A stretch of DNA of 35,506 nt from a virus. Lineage: Duplodnaviria > Caudoviricetes. The stretch is from the IMG/VR virus record IMGVR_UViG_3300042297_000090, positions 1 through 35,506 of that record; one strand, written 5' to 3'. How positions within the stretch are numbered: position 1 is the first letter of the stretch; the number at the start of each line of letters is the position of its first letter. The notes below the pieces were generated by a model. It saw nothing but the letters and a program-made list of their open reading frames with translations. It had not been told where the DNA came from and did no database searches. The position numbers and the translations under genes were made by a program. Positions 9,625 to 17,184 of the stretch are shown here, in pieces.

Positions 9625-10066
9625 GCCCCGCTGTCACCTCAGCTTCAACAGCTTTGGTTTGCGCCCGCCTCTTGCCAACGTCACGCGCCTCCCCATCTTT
9701 CGCGCGCGCGTGAACGCCAAGCGATCGACGATAGGCTAGCACATTCGTCATCTGCATACGCAAGGCAGCCAAGCGCGGATTAGGCACAGGTTGCCCGCGC
9801 TCAGTTACAACCACTTCACCTTCCGATCGCAGCAGCCGCTGGTTGCGTTCAACGTCTGACATTGTGCGGGCCAGCATCGCCGCCAGTTCAAGCTGGTGCG
9901 CCGTCCACTCGCTGCGCGCAAACTCGCCCAACACGCTATTCCAAAATGGCATGTCGTCAATTTCAAGCGGCAAGTGCGCTGGCGGCGCAATCGTTTTTAC
10001 CGACTCAGCGGCAATCACCTGATGCGCCTTGATGCTGTCAACTCGTTGCCTACGCGGCATCTGCAA
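9590..10066 (-). CDS. terS: Terminase small subunit (P27-like)
   Basis: PPAHL, L..EGEVVVTERGQPVPNP, RSLGV motifs; directly upstream of terL. Confidence 0.8.
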   Translation of the reverse strand: MQMPRRQRVDSIKAHQVIAAESVKTIAPPAHLPLEIDDMPFWNSVLGEFARSEWTAHQLELAAMLARTMSDVERNQRLLRSEGEVVVTERGQPVPNPRLAALRMQMTNVLAYRRSLGVHARAKDGEARDVGKRRAQTKAVEAEVTAGLDDFIARPTVN

Positions 10067-10153
10067 ACCTTCCGGTTTTTTGTATTAGCGGTAAAAAAGA
10101 GGCCCCCAACCGGCCCTGCGGCCTTGGCCCTCCAATGAATTTGCCCGCCCCCG
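10067..10153 (-). other. Putative cos/packaging region between HNH and terS
   Basis: Non-coding gap with GGGGGCGGGCAAA followed by GC-rich and T-rich tracts, in the position where HNH-terS-terL phages carry cos. Cut site not determinable. Confidence 0.45.
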
Positions 10154-10417
10154 TCAAATTGGCCACCCGTCAAGCCCGATCGCAGGCTTTGCTTTGTGTC
10201 CCATCTGCGCCCGCGTCACATCCTGGTGACACGGCACACACAATGGCCGGCAATTCATCGGATCAAGCAATGCACCACCTCTAGACGTTGGCACAATATG
10301 ATCCACATCCCTTGCCGCAGTAACGCGCCCAACCTCTAGGCATATGCGACAAAGCGGTTCTTCCTGCAATATGCGAAGCCTCAACTTGTCCCATGCCCAA
10401 GGTCGCTTGCGTGGCAT
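10154..10417 (-). CDS. HNH endonuclease, terminase-associated (HK97 gp74-like)
   Basis: PLCRIC...VDHIVP..RGG....N...LC..CH, C-terminal GLDGWP; adjacent to terS. Confidence 0.9.
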   Translation of the reverse strand: MPRKRPWAWDKLRLRILQEEPLCRICLEVGRVTAARDVDHIVPTSRGGALLDPMNCRPLCVPCHQDVTRAQMGHKAKPAIGLDGWPI

Positions 10418-10426
10418 GATCGCACC

Positions 10427-10660
10427 TTAAGTGATCTGCGGTGATGTAGCAACCACCTCACGCATCAGCCGTTCGATATACCACTTCGCCTTGCCCAAGT
10501 CTGTAGCGCCACCCTTCTCCCGCCAGCGCCAAAGATATTTGATCGCGTTGGCTGTGCAGATGGCCTCAATGCCGTAAAGGTTCGCCGTAGCAGCCGCCAG
10601 AGCGTCTATGCATTCAACATCGCCTTGGCGGTAGTGGTTTGGATTTATGTGATCTATCAT
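10427..10660 (-). CDS. DUF3310 / T7 gp1.7-like protein
   Basis: DHINPNHY..G.VECID...NAIKYLWR..EKGG..DL.KAKWY signature. Confidence 0.85.
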   Translation of the reverse strand: MIDHINPNHYRQGDVECIDALAAATANLYGIEAICTANAIKYLWRWREKGGATDLGKAKWYIERLMREVVATSPQIT

Positions 10661-10689
10661 TGCTCACCTCATTTAATGCCGCACCGCTA

Positions 10690-10804
10690 TCACCCTATCA
10701 CCCTGCACCTTAAGGTGCAGAGGGTGAGGGAGGGTGAGGTTAGCGGCTTTTTGCCCCCTTTTTCACCCTAACCCTCACCCTCACCCTAGGGTGACTTAGG
10801 GTGA
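10690..10804. repeat. TCACCCT/AGGGTGA iteron-like cluster with palindromes; candidate replication origin
   Basis: TCACCCT at 10690, 10698, 10763, 10775, 10781; AGGGTGA at 10721, 10731, 10788, 10798; perfect palindromes CTGCACCTTAAGGTGCAG (10703-10720) and TCACCCTAGGGTGA (10781-10794); at the 3' end of the primase gene. Confidence 0.65.
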
Positions 10805-12807
10805 CCATTTTTAGCCATTATCATCGCGCCACGGTGCGTTGGATCGGTGAAAATCCAGCCGTGTTCCGTTGTCTCAATCATGTCTGATATGATCAACGTT
10901 CCGATGATTTTGTCCGTATAAGACGGATTTAGCATGTTATCGACAGTGCGTTTTGCGTTGCCATCTTTTTCTAGCGCCGCGCGCAAAAATGAACGGGACA
11001 GGTAAGGCATCCCGTCACGTTCCTCTGCGCCGCTCTCCCACCAAGCTTTTTCCCAGCGTTTGCGAAATTGCGCCAGCTTACTGTCAGCCTTTGGCGTTTG
11101 TTCCGGCGCTTCGGCTGGCATGACCACAACGCTTTTTACCGGCTCACCATCCTCATCCATCCAGCCTGGAATGACCACTTCGACAAGATCAGCGTGCAGG
11201 AAATGATCGGGTTGCCCGTCCTTCATTTTCTTGTTTACGATCTTAAGCGGCTTGCCTGCTTGCACGCTATATTCCACGTCAAGCGCGCCCTTCCATGCGG
11301 ACGATCCGCGCGCCCGGTGCTGGGCTTCATCACTCACTCCAGTGTGGTGAACGAGAATGACAGTGCAGCCAAATTCTTCCTTTAGGCCGTCTGCGGCTTG
11401 GATCATGGTTCGCACGTCTTGTGCGCTGTTTTCGTCGCCGTTCATAAAGCGGTGGACGGTATCGACCACAATCAGTGATGGCGCTTCGCCAACACCGCGC
11501 ACGGCTTCCAGAACGCGGCTGTAGCCCTCTGGCGTGTTTAGATCACAGCCGGTCTTGCTAACCCACAGATTGATATCTTCCGGTCGGTAATGCGCTGCCC
11601 ATGCTGCTAATCGGCGCTTGATGCCGTAATGGCCTTCGCCGGCTAGATATATCACCGCGCCATGTCGTTTCACTTTGTTGCCGTGCCATTCCGGCAGGCT
11701 TGACGCGATGTGCAAACACCAATCTAGCACCACAAACGATTTGCCGGCACCGCTTGGCCCATGAACCATTGCCAGTGCGTGTTGTTCAAGCCAGCCTTTG
11801 ATGATCCATTTTGGCGGCGCTTGATCAGCCATTAGCGCATTGGCCTTTAACAGCCAGCCATCTTGTGTGGGCGGCAGCAATATGGCCTTTAGATCATTCC
11901 CAGCCGCCCGGTAATCGTTGGCATCCATGCCTTCAATCGGCACCCGCACAACCCTAACGCCATACTTAGCGGCGGCTTGATCGGCATATTTAAATCCAAT
12001 CCCGCCTTTGTCATGATCTGCAACGACCACGATGTCGGCCAAGCTGCCGCGCTTTTCCCGCAACGCCTTTGCTACGGCTGGCAGATTGCTGGCGCTGTAA
12101 GCAATCGCGCAAGCCTGCCCGGTTTCCTCTGTGATCGTGGCTGCGGTGGCAAAGCCTTCGGCAATATATATCGTGCCGCCGTTGTCATCACCGACGATCC
12201 ATTGCGCCTCAGTGGCCCGCCCGCTGGCGTGATAAAGTTTGCCGCCGTCGCCGTCGATGTATTGGAGACTAACCAAATGCCCGGCTGGATCATACATAGG
12301 CAGGGCCAAACGCCCGTCACCTGTCACCCGCGCACCGTTGGGGCTGACACCCTTTCGCACCAGATACGGATGCCAATCAGGCGCACCAGCAAGGCTGGCC
12401 CAGATGGTCTCCGCCACGTCTGCAACGGCCTCCTGAATTTTGGCCTTGGCAGCATCACGCGCCTTGACGGCTTCGGCCAGCCGTTTGGCCTCTGCCATGC
12501 GCTCTGGGATCGTCAATTCGCGGCCAATGTCTGCGCGGAATGCGTTATCTATGGCCGCCCGCCAGCACCCAAACCGCCCAGCCGGAACGCCATCAGGGAA
12601 AACGCAATACCAGCCCGATGTGTCATGGCCCGGCTTGCCTTTGGTGTAGCTGTCAAAGCGGTGCAGTTTGCCATCAAGTTTAATGTTAGCCGGTGGCCTG
12701 ATGCCCGCCTGTTCCATCGCGGCGGCAAGCTGGGCTTCTGGGGGGTCAAACTGCGGTTGGGCTGGTGGCGTCCACGGGCCATCTAGGATTTTGGTTAGGT
12801 CGCTCAC
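10786..12807 (-). CDS. TOPRIM primase fused to an AAA_25/RepA-type helicase
   Basis: DGKLHRF...GWY N-domain; TOPRIM IYIAEGFATA, VVADHD, DAND; Walker A GPSGAGKS, Walker B IVVDT, VHHTG, RARGSSA. Confidence 0.9.
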   Translation of the reverse strand: MSDLTKILDGPWTPPAQPQFDPPEAQLAAAMEQAGIRPPANIKLDGKLHRFDSYTKGKPGHDTSGWYCVFPDGVPAGRFGCWRAAIDNAFRADIGRELTIPERMAEAKRLAEAVKARDAAKAKIQEAVADVAETIWASLAGAPDWHPYLVRKGVSPNGARVTGDGRLALPMYDPAGHLVSLQYIDGDGGKLYHASGRATEAQWIVGDDNGGTIYIAEGFATAATITEETGQACAIAYSASNLPAVAKALREKRGSLADIVVVADHDKGGIGFKYADQAAAKYGVRVVRVPIEGMDANDYRAAGNDLKAILLPPTQDGWLLKANALMADQAPPKWIIKGWLEQHALAMVHGPSGAGKSFVVLDWCLHIASSLPEWHGNKVKRHGAVIYLAGEGHYGIKRRLAAWAAHYRPEDINLWVSKTGCDLNTPEGYSRVLEAVRGVGEAPSLIVVDTVHRFMNGDENSAQDVRTMIQAADGLKEEFGCTVILVHHTGVSDEAQHRARGSSAWKGALDVEYSVQAGKPLKIVNKKMKDGQPDHFLHADLVEVVIPGWMDEDGEPVKSVVVMPAEAPEQTPKADSKLAQFRKRWEKAWWESGAEERDGMPYLSRSFLRAALEKDGNAKRTVDNMLNPSYTDKIIGTLIISDMIETTEHGWIFTDPTHRGAMIMAKNGHPKSP

Positions 12808-12980
12808 GCTGCCACACCACCCATCAAATAATCTGACAGCGCCTTCATCACGTCATATGTCGGATTGGCTTTGCCAGTCTTGATCCGGGCAATCGTTGAC
12901 CGATGCAAGCCTGTTGCCTCTGCAACAATGTCCATGCGCCTATCCCGAAGCGCAACCGCAATCTCGTCTAGGGTTAACAT
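12804..12980 (-). CDS. Cro/Xre-like HTH regulator (58 aa; not in ORF track)
   Basis: Read by hand: MLTLDEIAVALRDRRMDIVAEATGLHRSTIARIKTGKANPTYDVMKALSDYLMGGVAA; AGGTGG RBS; stop overlaps the primase GTG. Confidence 0.85.
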   Translation of the reverse strand: MLTLDEIAVALRDRRMDIVAEATGLHRSTIARIKTGKANPTYDVMKALSDYLMGGVAA

Positions 12981-13013
12981 CAATCCACCTTTTCGCTGTT
13001 ATGTGCTTTTTAT

Positions 13014-13044
13014 GCTTTACAACCGCTTTCATGCCCTGTAAAGC
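13014..13044. promoter_or_regulatory. Inverted repeat GCTTTACA-N15-TGTAAAGC; overlapping divergent promoters or operator
   Basis: A TTTACA -35-like hexamer on each strand, in the gap between the divergent HTH/primase and AAA_24 operons. Confidence 0.55.
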
Positions 13045-13095
13045 CCTCAATCACACCGCGACCGGATTAGCCGACTGCGGTGTTGGAGAAAGACA

Positions 13096-13776
13096 ATGGC
13101 TATCAACTTAAAGAGGACAGGCGGCCTATCCGCCAATGGTGTTAAGCTGTGCGTATATGGCCAGGCAGGCGCTGGCAAAACCAGCCTGATTTCGACCTTG
13201 CCCAATGTCGTGGCAATCAGTGCGGAAGGCGGCTTGCTTTCTATTGCCGGCGCAGACGTGCCTTATATCGAAGTCAAAAGTTTGGCCGATCTGCACGATG
13301 CCTATGCGTGGCTTACCGGCAGTGAGGAAGCCAAAGGCTTTCAGTCGGTGGCTATCGACAGCTTGTCAGAAGTTGCCGAAGTGGTGCTGAACGCTGAACT
13401 CAAAGCCAACAAAGATGGCCGCGCGGCATACGGTGAACTCAGCACCAAAATGAACGAGCTAATCCGCGCGTTTCGTGATTTGCCGGGCAAGCATGTTTAC
13501 ATGAGCGCCAAGCTGGAAAAATCTCAGGATGAGATGGGGCGCATTCTTTACAATGCCTCCATGCCGGGCAAGAGCCTAACGCAAAGCTTGGCATATTTCT
13601 TCGACCTTGTGATGGCCCTGCGTGTTGAACGCGATGCCGATGGCAACGCTCACCGTGCGCTGCTTACCGACAGTGATGGGCTTTGGCAGGCTAAGGATCG
13701 TTCCGGCAGGCTGTCTCAGTGGGAAGCGCCAGACCTTGGCGCGATCATTGCTAAGATTGGGAGTGTGTCATGCTAA
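13096..13776 (+). CDS. AAA_24 / Sak4-like ATPase (phage recombination)
   Basis: YGQAGAGKT Walker A, AEGGLLS, VAIDSLSE Walker B, AKDRSG; same operon as SSB and exonuclease. Confidence 0.85.
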   Translation: MAINLKRTGGLSANGVKLCVYGQAGAGKTSLISTLPNVVAISAEGGLLSIAGADVPYIEVKSLADLHDAYAWLTGSEEAKGFQSVAIDSLSEVAEVVLNAELKANKDGRAAYGELSTKMNELIRAFRDLPGKHVYMSAKLEKSQDEMGRILYNASMPGKSLTQSLAYFFDLVMALRVERDADGNAHRALLTDSDGLWQAKDRSGRLSQWEAPDLGAIIAKIGSVSC

Positions 13777-13937
13777 TTGCCCTCGCCATCGCACAAGCGA
13801 TTTTCGCCATTGGCGCTCTGCCGGTGATCAATGGCAACATACGCGACAGGCACGTCAATGCAGCTTGGGGGAGCATATTTGCCTGCTTGCTGTTTAGCGT
13901 GACCGCCTACGTCCTTGCAATGGAGGGTATGCAGTGA
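13770..13937 (+). CDS. Small two-TM membrane protein (55 aa; not in ORF track)
   Basis: MLIALAIAQAIFAIGALPVINGNIRDRHVNAAWGSIFACLLFSVTAYVLAMEGMQ; overlaps both neighbours (GTGA coupling); GGGAG upstream. Confidence 0.6.
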   Translation: MLIALAIAQAIFAIGALPVINGNIRDRHVNAAWGSIFACLLFSVTAYVLAMEGMQ

Positions 13938-14314
13938 CCGTGCCAATTTATCAGCAATGGCTAAACGCCAAGGCAGTTGAGGAAGCCGCCATTAAGACGC
14001 GCCGTGATCTGGAAGATGCAATGGCGTTTGAGTTGGCTTTGCCGGCCAATCTTGACGGCACCAGCAACTTTGACCGTGATGGCTATGCGGTGAAGGTTGT
14101 TGGCCGCATCAATCGCAAGATTGATTCCGACAAGCTGCAAGCCTTGGCGGCAGAGCATGGTTTGGCCGATCACTTGCCCAGCCTTTTCCGGTGGAAGCCG
14201 GAAATCAATGCAACGGCATGGAAAGCTGCCGCTGCAACTATCACCCAGCCATTGCTTGACGCTATCACGTCAACGCCTGGCCGCCCTAGCTTCACCATCA
14301 CACGGAAGGATTGA
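13934..14314 (+). CDS. Conserved phage hypothetical protein
   Basis: GGAGG RBS; W..AK..E...R..LED and LFRWKPEIN...W...PGRPSF motifs common in AAA_24 operons. Confidence 0.75.
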   Translation: MTVPIYQQWLNAKAVEEAAIKTRRDLEDAMAFELALPANLDGTSNFDRDGYAVKVVGRINRKIDSDKLQALAAEHGLADHLPSLFRWKPEINATAWKAAAATITQPLLDAITSTPGRPSFTITRKD

Positions 14315-14318
14315 TACA

Positions 14319-14825
14319 ATGGCTCACCTCGGAGAAAGTTTCGCAGCCGATGAACTGCCCAGCGGCAATAGTGGCGAATATGAATTGCTGCCTGAAGGGC
14401 TTTATTCGGCCATGATCGCCAAGGCGGAAGTCGGACAGACGAAGTCAGGTACCGGCACGAAAATTGATCTGCGTCTCGACATCACCGGGCCGACACATCA
14501 AGGCCGGGTGATCTTTGCGGCGATCAACATCCGCAACCAATCGGCCAAGGCAGAGGAAATTGGCCGCCAGCAACTTGGCGAGATCATGCGCGCCATCGGC
14601 CTGCCACGCCTTGAAGATAGCGACCAGCTTGTCGGCGGGCAGTTGCAGATCAAGGTGAAGGTGCGCCAGCCATCACCGGATGATGTAGCGCGCGGCTACA
14701 GCCAAGCCCGTAACGATGTGAGTGGCTATCGCGCCTTGGCTGGCGGCGGGCTTCCTGCGCCGGCTGTTGCCAAAGCTGCCGCTGCACCGGCTGCATCTAG
14801 CGCCAAACCGCCCTGGGCAAAGTAA
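14319..14825 (+). CDS. DUF669-family single-stranded DNA-binding protein
   Basis: YELLPEGLY, TKSGTG, GRVIF...N.S.KAEEIGRQQL, C-terminal Ala-rich KPPWAK tail. True start is the ATG at 14319 (the track ORF is over-extended). Confidence 0.85.
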   Translation: MAHLGESFAADELPSGNSGEYELLPEGLYSAMIAKAEVGQTKSGTGTKIDLRLDITGPTHQGRVIFAAINIRNQSAKAEEIGRQQLGEIMRAIGLPRLEDSDQLVGGQLQIKVKVRQPSPDDVARGYSQARNDVSGYRALAGGGLPAPAVAKAAAAPAASSAKPPWAK

Positions 14826-14830
14826 CAACA

Positions 14831-14867
14831 AAAAATGGGGCTGGTGATGAGCCAGCCCCAAGTTGTT
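14831..14867. terminator. Hairpin after the SSB gene (terminator or attenuator)
   Basis: TGGGGCTGG-TGATGAG-CCAGCCCCA stem, preceded by an A-tract and followed by AGTTGTT. Confidence 0.55.
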
Positions 14868-14884
14868 CACGGGAGGAGACAAAC

Positions 14885-15871
14885 ATGGCAAAGCTGCCGG
14901 AAACCATTATAGCCGATCAAAGTGCCGTTGCAAGCATGATAGATGCTCACCACGCTGCCAAGCGGGAACGGCCACGCCAGCACCTTGGCGCAAGCCTCTT
15001 GGGCCATCACTGTGATCGGTGGCTTTGGCTATCGTTTCGCTGGGCTGTCATTGAGCAATTCGAAGGCCGCATCTTGCGCCTGTTCCGCCGTGGCCACAAT
15101 GAAGAATCCACCATCATCGCTGATCTGGAAGCCATTGGGATTACCGTGCGTGGCCAGCAAAACCGCGTCGATTTTGGCGCGCATGTTAGCGGCAGCATTG
15201 ACGGGATTGGCATTGGCATTCCTGAAGCGCCCAAGACAGAGCATCTGCTTGAGTTTAAGACTCACGGAAAAAAGAGCTTTGACGATCTGGCGGCTAAAGG
15301 TGTGCGTCTGTCCAAATGGCAACACTTTGTTCAAATGCAGGTTTATTTAGCCGGGCTTGACTTGACGCGGGCGCTTTATGTGGCGGTTTGCAAGGATGAT
15401 GATCGGCTGCACTGCGAACGGGTGCGCTTTGATAAAGATGTTGCCGATGCTGCCATTGCCAAAGGACGGGCCATCGCATTGGCCGACAGGATACCCCCCC
15501 CTATTTCAACCGATCCGACATGGTATCAATGCGGCTGGTGTCCCGCAAAAGCGATGTGCCACAAATCACAGCCGACGAAGGAAGTGAATTGCCGCACATG
15601 CGCCCATGCCACTCCAAAAGAAGATAGCACCTGGCACTGCGCCCGGTGGGACATGCCTATTCCGCCAGAAGCTCAGTATGACGGATGTAATGACCACGTT
15701 TTTCACCCTGACCTTGTGCCGTGGCAGATGGAAGGTTCCGACGATGGCTTATCAGTGACTTGGCTGATTGGGAAAAGCCGCCTGCGAAATGGCGTTGGCG
15801 GGCTGACATCACGGCAGTTGCTGGATGAGACTGTGCAGGCGTTGGCGGGTAAGTTTGAGGTGGTGGCGTGA
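14885..15871 (+). CDS. Cas4-like PD-(D/E)xK exonuclease
   Basis: HLGAS.LGHHCDR.LW, GSIDG, LLEFKT, QMQVY, C-terminal CGWC..C and CRTC..C..C clusters. Confidence 0.85.
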   Translation: MAKLPETIIADQSAVASMIDAHHAAKRERPRQHLGASLLGHHCDRWLWLSFRWAVIEQFEGRILRLFRRGHNEESTIIADLEAIGITVRGQQNRVDFGAHVSGSIDGIGIGIPEAPKTEHLLEFKTHGKKSFDDLAAKGVRLSKWQHFVQMQVYLAGLDLTRALYVAVCKDDDRLHCERVRFDKDVADAAIAKGRAIALADRIPPPISTDPTWYQCGWCPAKAMCHKSQPTKEVNCRTCAHATPKEDSTWHCARWDMPIPPEAQYDGCNDHVFHPDLVPWQMEGSDDGLSVTWLIGKSRLRNGVGGLTSRQLLDETVQALAGKFEVVA

Positions 15872-17184
15872 AATACGGATCCGTTTGCAGCGGCATTGAA
15901 GCCGCAACCGCCGCATGGCACCCGCTTGGCTGGCAGCCAGCCTTCTTTAGTGAAATTGAGCCATTTCCACGCGCCGTGTTGGCCCATCACTATCCAACTG
16001 TGCCACTGCACGGCGACTTCACCAGTATAGGAGCAGATCAATATGGAGCAATTGACCTTCTTGTCGGAGGAACCCCCTGTCAGTCGTTCAGCGTCGCTGG
16101 CCTGCGAGGCGGACTGGATGACGACCGTGGCAACCTGGCCCTTGAGTTTCTTAGGCTTGCTGACCGAAAGCGGCCCAGATGGGTGGTTTGGGAGAACGTC
16201 CCCGGCGTCTTGTCAAGCAACGAAGGACGGGACTTTGGTTCCATACTCGGGGGCTTGGGCGAACTCGGGTATGGGTGGGCCTACCGAGTGCTTGACGCTC
16301 AGTTCTTTGGAGTGGCCCAGCGCCGCCGCCGTGTGTTCGTTGTCGGATACCTTGGAGACTGGCGACGTGCCGCAGCGGTTCTTTTTGAGCGCCACAGCCT
16401 GTCAGGGCATCCTGCGCCGCGCCGAGAAACGGGGCAAAGTGTTGCCAGAAGCATTAGAGCGCAGTCTCAAAGCAGTCACCGCGAGGACAGCGACAACTTT
16501 GTAGCTGAATGGCCCGCAGACATAGCGCCCACGCTCAACGCAGCGTTTGGCAGCAAGCAGGGGCTAGAGGATCAGCACAATGGGGGGGGGCTGGATTATT
16601 TGTCCCTGGCTCAGTGCCTGACGACCGGAACGGGCCAGCGATACGATGCCGAGACGGAGACGTTAATCCCTACGCACGGAGGCGGGTTCGATGTGATTGC
16701 CTTCAGTAAAGGCGATCATGGCGCCGACGCGGGCATGAATGTCTGCCCGACCATCCGCAAGGGTGGCGACGGTGGTGGGAACATGCCGGCGATCGCGTTT
16801 GAATGGCAGCGTGGTGCAACGCAAAATTTAGAAGTGACGGATAACTTTTCACCCGCGCTGATCAAGTCACAGACGCCGGCGGTTGCGTTTGACACTTATA
16901 ATCAATCAGTCAGCAATGTTGGGCAAACATTGCAGCGAGGCACGGGACAAGATCAAATTGGCGCAGTTTGGGTTAATTCCGCCGTCCGCCGCCTGACCCC
17001 TGTGGAGTGCGAACGGCTTCAGGGCTTCCCCGACAACTTCACCGCCATCCCGTATCGCAACAAGCCCGCTGATCAATGCCCTGATGGCCCGCGATACAAG
17101 GCGCTGGGCAACAGTATGGCGGTGCCGGTGATGCGCTGGATAGGCGAACGTATTGCAGCGGTGGAGGCGTTCAATGCTTCGTGA
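15868..17184 (+). CDS. DNA (cytosine-5) methyltransferase with a long variable region
   Basis: Motif I SVCSGIEA, IV GGTPCQSFSVAG, VI WENVPG, VIII AQRRRRVFVVG, IX RRLTPVECERLQGFP, X YKALGNSMAVPV. Confidence 0.95.
   Translation: MKYGSVCSGIEAATAAWHPLGWQPAFFSEIEPFPRAVLAHHYPTVPLHGDFTSIGADQYGAIDLLVGGTPCQSFSVAGLRGGLDDDRGNLALEFLRLADRKRPRWVVWENVPGVLSSNEGRDFGSILGGLGELGYGWAYRVLDAQFFGVAQRRRRVFVVGYLGDWRRAAAVLFERHSLSGHPAPRRETGQSVARSIRAQSQSSHREDSDNFVAEWPADIAPTLNAAFGSKQGLEDQHNGGGLDYLSLAQCLTTGTGQRYDAETETLIPTHGGGFDVIAFSKGDHGADAGMNVCPTIRKGGDGGGNMPAIAFEWQRGATQNLEVTDNFSPALIKSQTPAVAFDTYNQSVSNVGQTLQRGTGQDQIGAVWVNSAVRRLTPVECERLQGFPDNFTAIPYRNKPADQCPDGPRYKALGNSMAVPVMRWIGERIAAVEAFNAS
16043..16504 (+). CDS. Nested +1-frame protein inside the methyltransferase gene (M.EcoHK31I polypeptide beta-like)
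   Basis: 153-aa ORF with AGGAG (16029-16033) before its ATG; C-terminal CSLSDTLETGDVPQRFFLSATACQGILRRAEKRGKVLPEALERSL matches my recollection of the beta-subunit signature. Confidence 0.75.
   Translation: MEQLTFLSEEPPVSRSASLACEADWMTTVATWPLSFLGLLTESGPDGWFGRTSPASCQATKDGTLVPYSGAWANSGMGGPTECLTLSSLEWPSAAAVCSLSDTLETGDVPQRFFLSATACQGILRRAEKRGKVLPEALERSLKAVTARTATTL

Noticed and set aside
10763-10804. TTAGGG/CCCTAA telomere-like words
   Set aside because: Only one or two exact copies, as variants of the TCACCCT repeat; no protelomerase gene seen.
15495-15502. C-run in the exonuclease gene as a phase-variation site
   Set aside because: It encodes an ordinary Pro-Pro-Pro in a conserved region, and I see no meaningful alternative-frame product.
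14885-15871. Cas4-like nuclease as part of a CRISPR system
   Set aside because: No repeat-spacer array or other cas genes; solo Cas4-like exonucleases are normal in AAA_24-SSB recombination modules.
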